Below are positions 56,240 to 59,743 of a stretch of DNA of 59,743 bases, one piece after another. This DNA is from Neolecta irregularis DAH-3 (taxonomy: Eukaryota), in NCBI GenBank assembly GCA_001929475.1, contig LXFE01000322.1:1-59743 (forward strand), given 5' to 3'. The notes under the pieces were generated by a model. It was not told the DNA's origin, did no database searches, and saw only the letters and a program-made list of their open reading frames with translations. Every line of letters begins with the position of its first letter. Position 1 is the stretch's first letter. Position numbers and translations under genes: made by a program.

Positions 56240-56950
56240 TTAATTTCAGGGGATACTTCTTTTCTGTATTGCTTTCTGTGCCGTAATTTGGAAGGGCTAC
56301 CTATTTATATCTACTGACCCAGATTCCTCACACCCAGCCCAATGTCGCCGTGCAACACATTCGCGACCAGCTGTTGAAATGCTCGCGGTAAACACTATCG
56401 AGCTCCAGGTCCCAGTATTAACATACAAAGGGATAGCATGGTCAATCCAACAAACGCGGATATTCCGGAAATGACCCACTTGTGTGCACTGGATAAGGCG
56501 TTCACCTAGTGATCTTTTGCTTGCCTATTTATTAATAAATGTCTGGAGGACAAGAACCTCGTCGTCCCCATTCATCTTGTATAAATCTATACCGATCATT
56601 GCTGTCCCGCGGATGGAGAGGTATATCCTTGTATCGAGTAGCGCCAAAACGACGACTAGTCAGCGCAAACGCCGAGAGAGTCAATAGCAATATACACTGG
56701 AAATGCATGAGGAGGAAAAGTGGCTGGGAAGAGGATATCTAAATATACAAAATATTTCCGGAAAAAGAAAAAGGGTTGGCCGGAATGAGTAATGACTTGT
56801 TGAAAGCGCCTGGATATCACAGGAAATGACGTAAATGGCCAGACGGATAGTTGAGAAGGGAGGAAACGCGATTCTATTACGTGCAACCGTAAAATGGTCA
56901 GAGATGACCACAAATTAATACCTATCTGTACAAAAAGAAAAATGCCGGGA

Positions 56951-57899
56951 TTACCTTGAAAACCCAGGAGGAGGAGGAGCAAACCCAGGAGGGGGAGCAG
57001 TGCCGTACGGGTACCCAGTTTGTCCTGTCCCTGTTTGTTGAAATCCAGATGGTTGTACGACTACCCCTGATGAGTCGCAGATGACAGGAAAAAGCATACC
57101 GAATCCCATATTGAATCCTGCAGGAGGAGCAGGAGCCCCCGGTCCGACAGCGCCGAATAGACCCATTGGAATTTGAGGTGCGATGGATACATTATTCTGT
57201 CTGGCTTTTGCAGCTAGTAATCGTTCTGCGGTAGTACCGTGCTTTTCACCTTTTTGTCCTTGTTTGAAAGCATAGTCTACGTTGATTGACTTGTTATTTA
57301 GAAACTGGTTGTTCATTCCTTCGATTGCTGCGTCGGCAGATTCAAAACTGTCGAAATTGACAAATCCGAAACCTCTAGACATGCCATTTTCGTCTCGTGA
57401 TATCTGTCCATGTGAGAACTATTGTGAGCAAGAAAGAACCTTGGGAGGAGTCAGGAGTGTTCCGAAAGCACTAAAGGTATCGAATAAAGATTTTTCATCG
57501 ACCAGGGGATCGAGATTCCCAATGAAGAGTTCTGCGCCTATTTCTATATTGGCCTTTTTATCCGCAGAGGCCTGGGTATGTCAATACGAGTGTAGGGGGT
57601 GGGGGAAAATTACCTTGTTAACTCTGATTGGTTTTCCAAACAATTTGATCTGGTTCATGACTTTGACTGCATAATCTGCGTCGCTCTCCTGTATGAATTC
57701 GCAAAAGCCGAATCCTTGGTGATTCTGCGTTACCCGATCTTTAGGAAGATGGATATTTGCTAGAGGGTGAGGATTTGGGCTGAAGGGAGAACTTACCGAC
57801 TGGGCCTGCCTGGAGCATCAGTTCCCAGAGAATCGCATCCGTAGTGCGTTCATCTAGATTTCCAATGTAGACGGTGGCTTCCTGGTTACGTTCATCCAT
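56951..57899 (-). CDS. HSH49: U2 snRNP SF3b subunit Hsh49/SAP49 (two RRMs), multi-exon
   Basis: [36 protein letters not shown] and [10 protein letters not shown]; Pro-rich tail. Confidence 0.95.
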
Positions 57900-58361
57900 G
57901 GGAAAGAAAATGGAGGGAGACACGAAACCGCACCGATCAAAAGGTAAACCGCGCCGATACGAAAAAACTAAATATCAATCTTGTTTTAAAAGTAAATGTA
58001 CATATAGAAGGAGCTGCAGACGACAAAAACAAAATAGATTTTCATATGATCAACTGTTCTTTTTGTATGATTGAATCCAGTTGATCGTATCGTGGACCAT
58101 TCTGGATCTCATGATCTGCATTTTCAGCCTTGAAACTAGATTGTTGTAGAAGTAGGTCCCCTTTTGTCCGAGGAGACAGGCAAAGTATGATTGTTTCGGA
58201 GTAAAATTGTTCCTCTTGTTGGTATACAGACTTTAAACCCACAGAGACTTTTCCGGCATATCAGTTTAAGGGATCGGGCCGAGTCTCGGATGTGGCGTAT
58301 CAGATGCATTTGTCATCAAATGGGCTACGTCTCGTTTCCACTACTTTCACTCAGGACCACC

Positions 58362-59365
58362 ATGGATATCATACTCGATTACTGCGACAAACACCTCTTG
58401 GATGGAATTTATGGGGCAGTTTTGCCATCTCACGTTCCTCGAGATAACATATACCGGCAATTTTGCTCGCTAAGCCTCATCGCTGCGCTCTTTGGCGTCT
58501 CGTTTTATTTCTCCTATTGCACCACATCCTATTACTTCCTCTTTGACCATCGTACCCTCAAACACCCCAAATTTCTCAAAAACCAGGTATCGCAGGAGAT
58601 ATGCTGTGCCTTGCGAGCGATTCCGTTCCTTTCGTTGCTTACAGTCCCTTGGTTTGTCATTGAAGTGCGCGGGTACTCAAAGTTGTATGAGGATGTGGAT
58701 GACTACGGCTATTGGTACCTGGTTTTGCAGCTGCCGTTGTTTTTCCTTTTTTCCGATTCACTTATTTACCTGATTCATCGTGGATTGCATCACCCGTTAC
58801 TTTACAAGACTCTTCATAAGACTCATCATAAATGGATAATGCCGACGCCGTACTTGATCTTTGTTGTTTGCAGGGTTGACTTGCTAGATTTGCGAGTCTT
58901 GCTTTTCATCCTGTTGATGGATATTTGCAGTCGCTTCCATATCATATTTTCCCCTTTTTGTTCCCGCTTCATAAATATGCGTATATCGGCTTATTTACGC
59001 TTGTCAATCTCTGGACGATGATGATTCGTATTGGATGAATGGTGGGATGGTACTCACGACTAGATGATGGAGAATACTTTGCGAATAATGCGATTATCAA
59101 TGGAACGGGATGCCACACGCTTCACCATTTGTATTTTAACTACAACTAGTACGGTGGTGTATTACAACGGCTGATATTTAGCGGGCAATTTACGACATTG
59201 TGGGATCGATTAGGGGGATCGTATCGACGACCGTCGGCGGAGCAATATGACAAGAATTTGAAAATGACGTCAGAGCTTTGGAAGAAGCAGGTATCTGAAA
59301 TGGAGGAGGTTGTTTTACAAGTTGAAGAGTATGACGATAGGGATTACTCTTTGAAGGAGGAGTAG
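58362..59365 (+). CDS. ERG3: C-5 sterol desaturase, four exons
   Basis: His boxes HRGLH, HKTHH and [21 protein letters not shown] and [12 protein letters not shown]. Confidence 0.95.
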
Positions 59366-59499
59366 TGATAGATATTATAGTAGAACTATTTGTCTATCAG
59401 AATGAGTAATAGAATCATGTTGGGACGGTAGAGCACGACGATGTACTCGGCGTAATCATACAACATGTGAACATACTGCTATTACATGGGCTATCCCTG

Positions 59500-59743
59500 T
59501 CATGCCATATATTTGGCTAGGGCCTGGTTTCTCTGGCGCACAGGGCGACTGGAGTCAATACAACAAACAGGGGATATACCCGAGATTTCTGTGTAGGAAT
59601 ATTCTATTGGGGGTGACGACTTTGGGCTTGTCTCGTTTCCAGTGGAAGGCCCACAACTGGTCCAGGTCTATGGATCTGGACGAGGGGAGGAAGGGGGGTC
59701 TGGGGTTGCAGACGAGGGTTGCTGTGGGGGGCGGGGGGCAGGG
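59500..59743 (-). CDS. Possible 3' end of a gene running off the window
   Basis: Open frame ...IDLDQLWAFHWKRDKPK...LG, then a short GT..AG intron to RPVRQRNQALAKYMA*; no recognisable family. Confidence 0.3.

Overview
Eukaryotic DNA from a gene-dense fungal genome with very short introns (mostly 31-48 nt). The histone H3 C-terminus ([25 protein letters not shown]) matches Schizosaccharomyces pombe, so an early-diverging ascomycete (Taphrinomycotina, possibly Neolecta-like) is inferred. There are about 25 mostly conserved housekeeping genes: RAV1, SFI1, CRC1, kinesin-1, MED4, FRQ1, ARO1, RPN4-like, histones H4/H3, NAF1, GPI13, LOC1, CENP-I/Mis6, an mtRF-R/Pth3-type release factor, WOR1/Gti1, CRD1, two ADI1 paralogs, AlaX, FLX1, AZF1, SEC72, HSH49 and ERG3. 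The dynamic part is about 34.5-44 kb. It is a tandem array in which the mitochondrial GGQ release factor gene and a TDP1-like phosphodiesterase gene were co-duplicated, giving 3 TDP1-like copies and 1 intact plus 2 decayed release-factor copies. The array also holds a 615-bp solo LTR with a perfect 5-bp target-site duplication, whose empty site is visible in the paralogous unit, and two older LTR relics. Splicing looks unusual: several protein-supported introns need GC donors, one needs a GA donor, and many introns are 3n and stop-free. I see no CRISPR array, rRNA or convincing tRNA. Exon boundaries were derived by hand and need RNA-seq confirmation.
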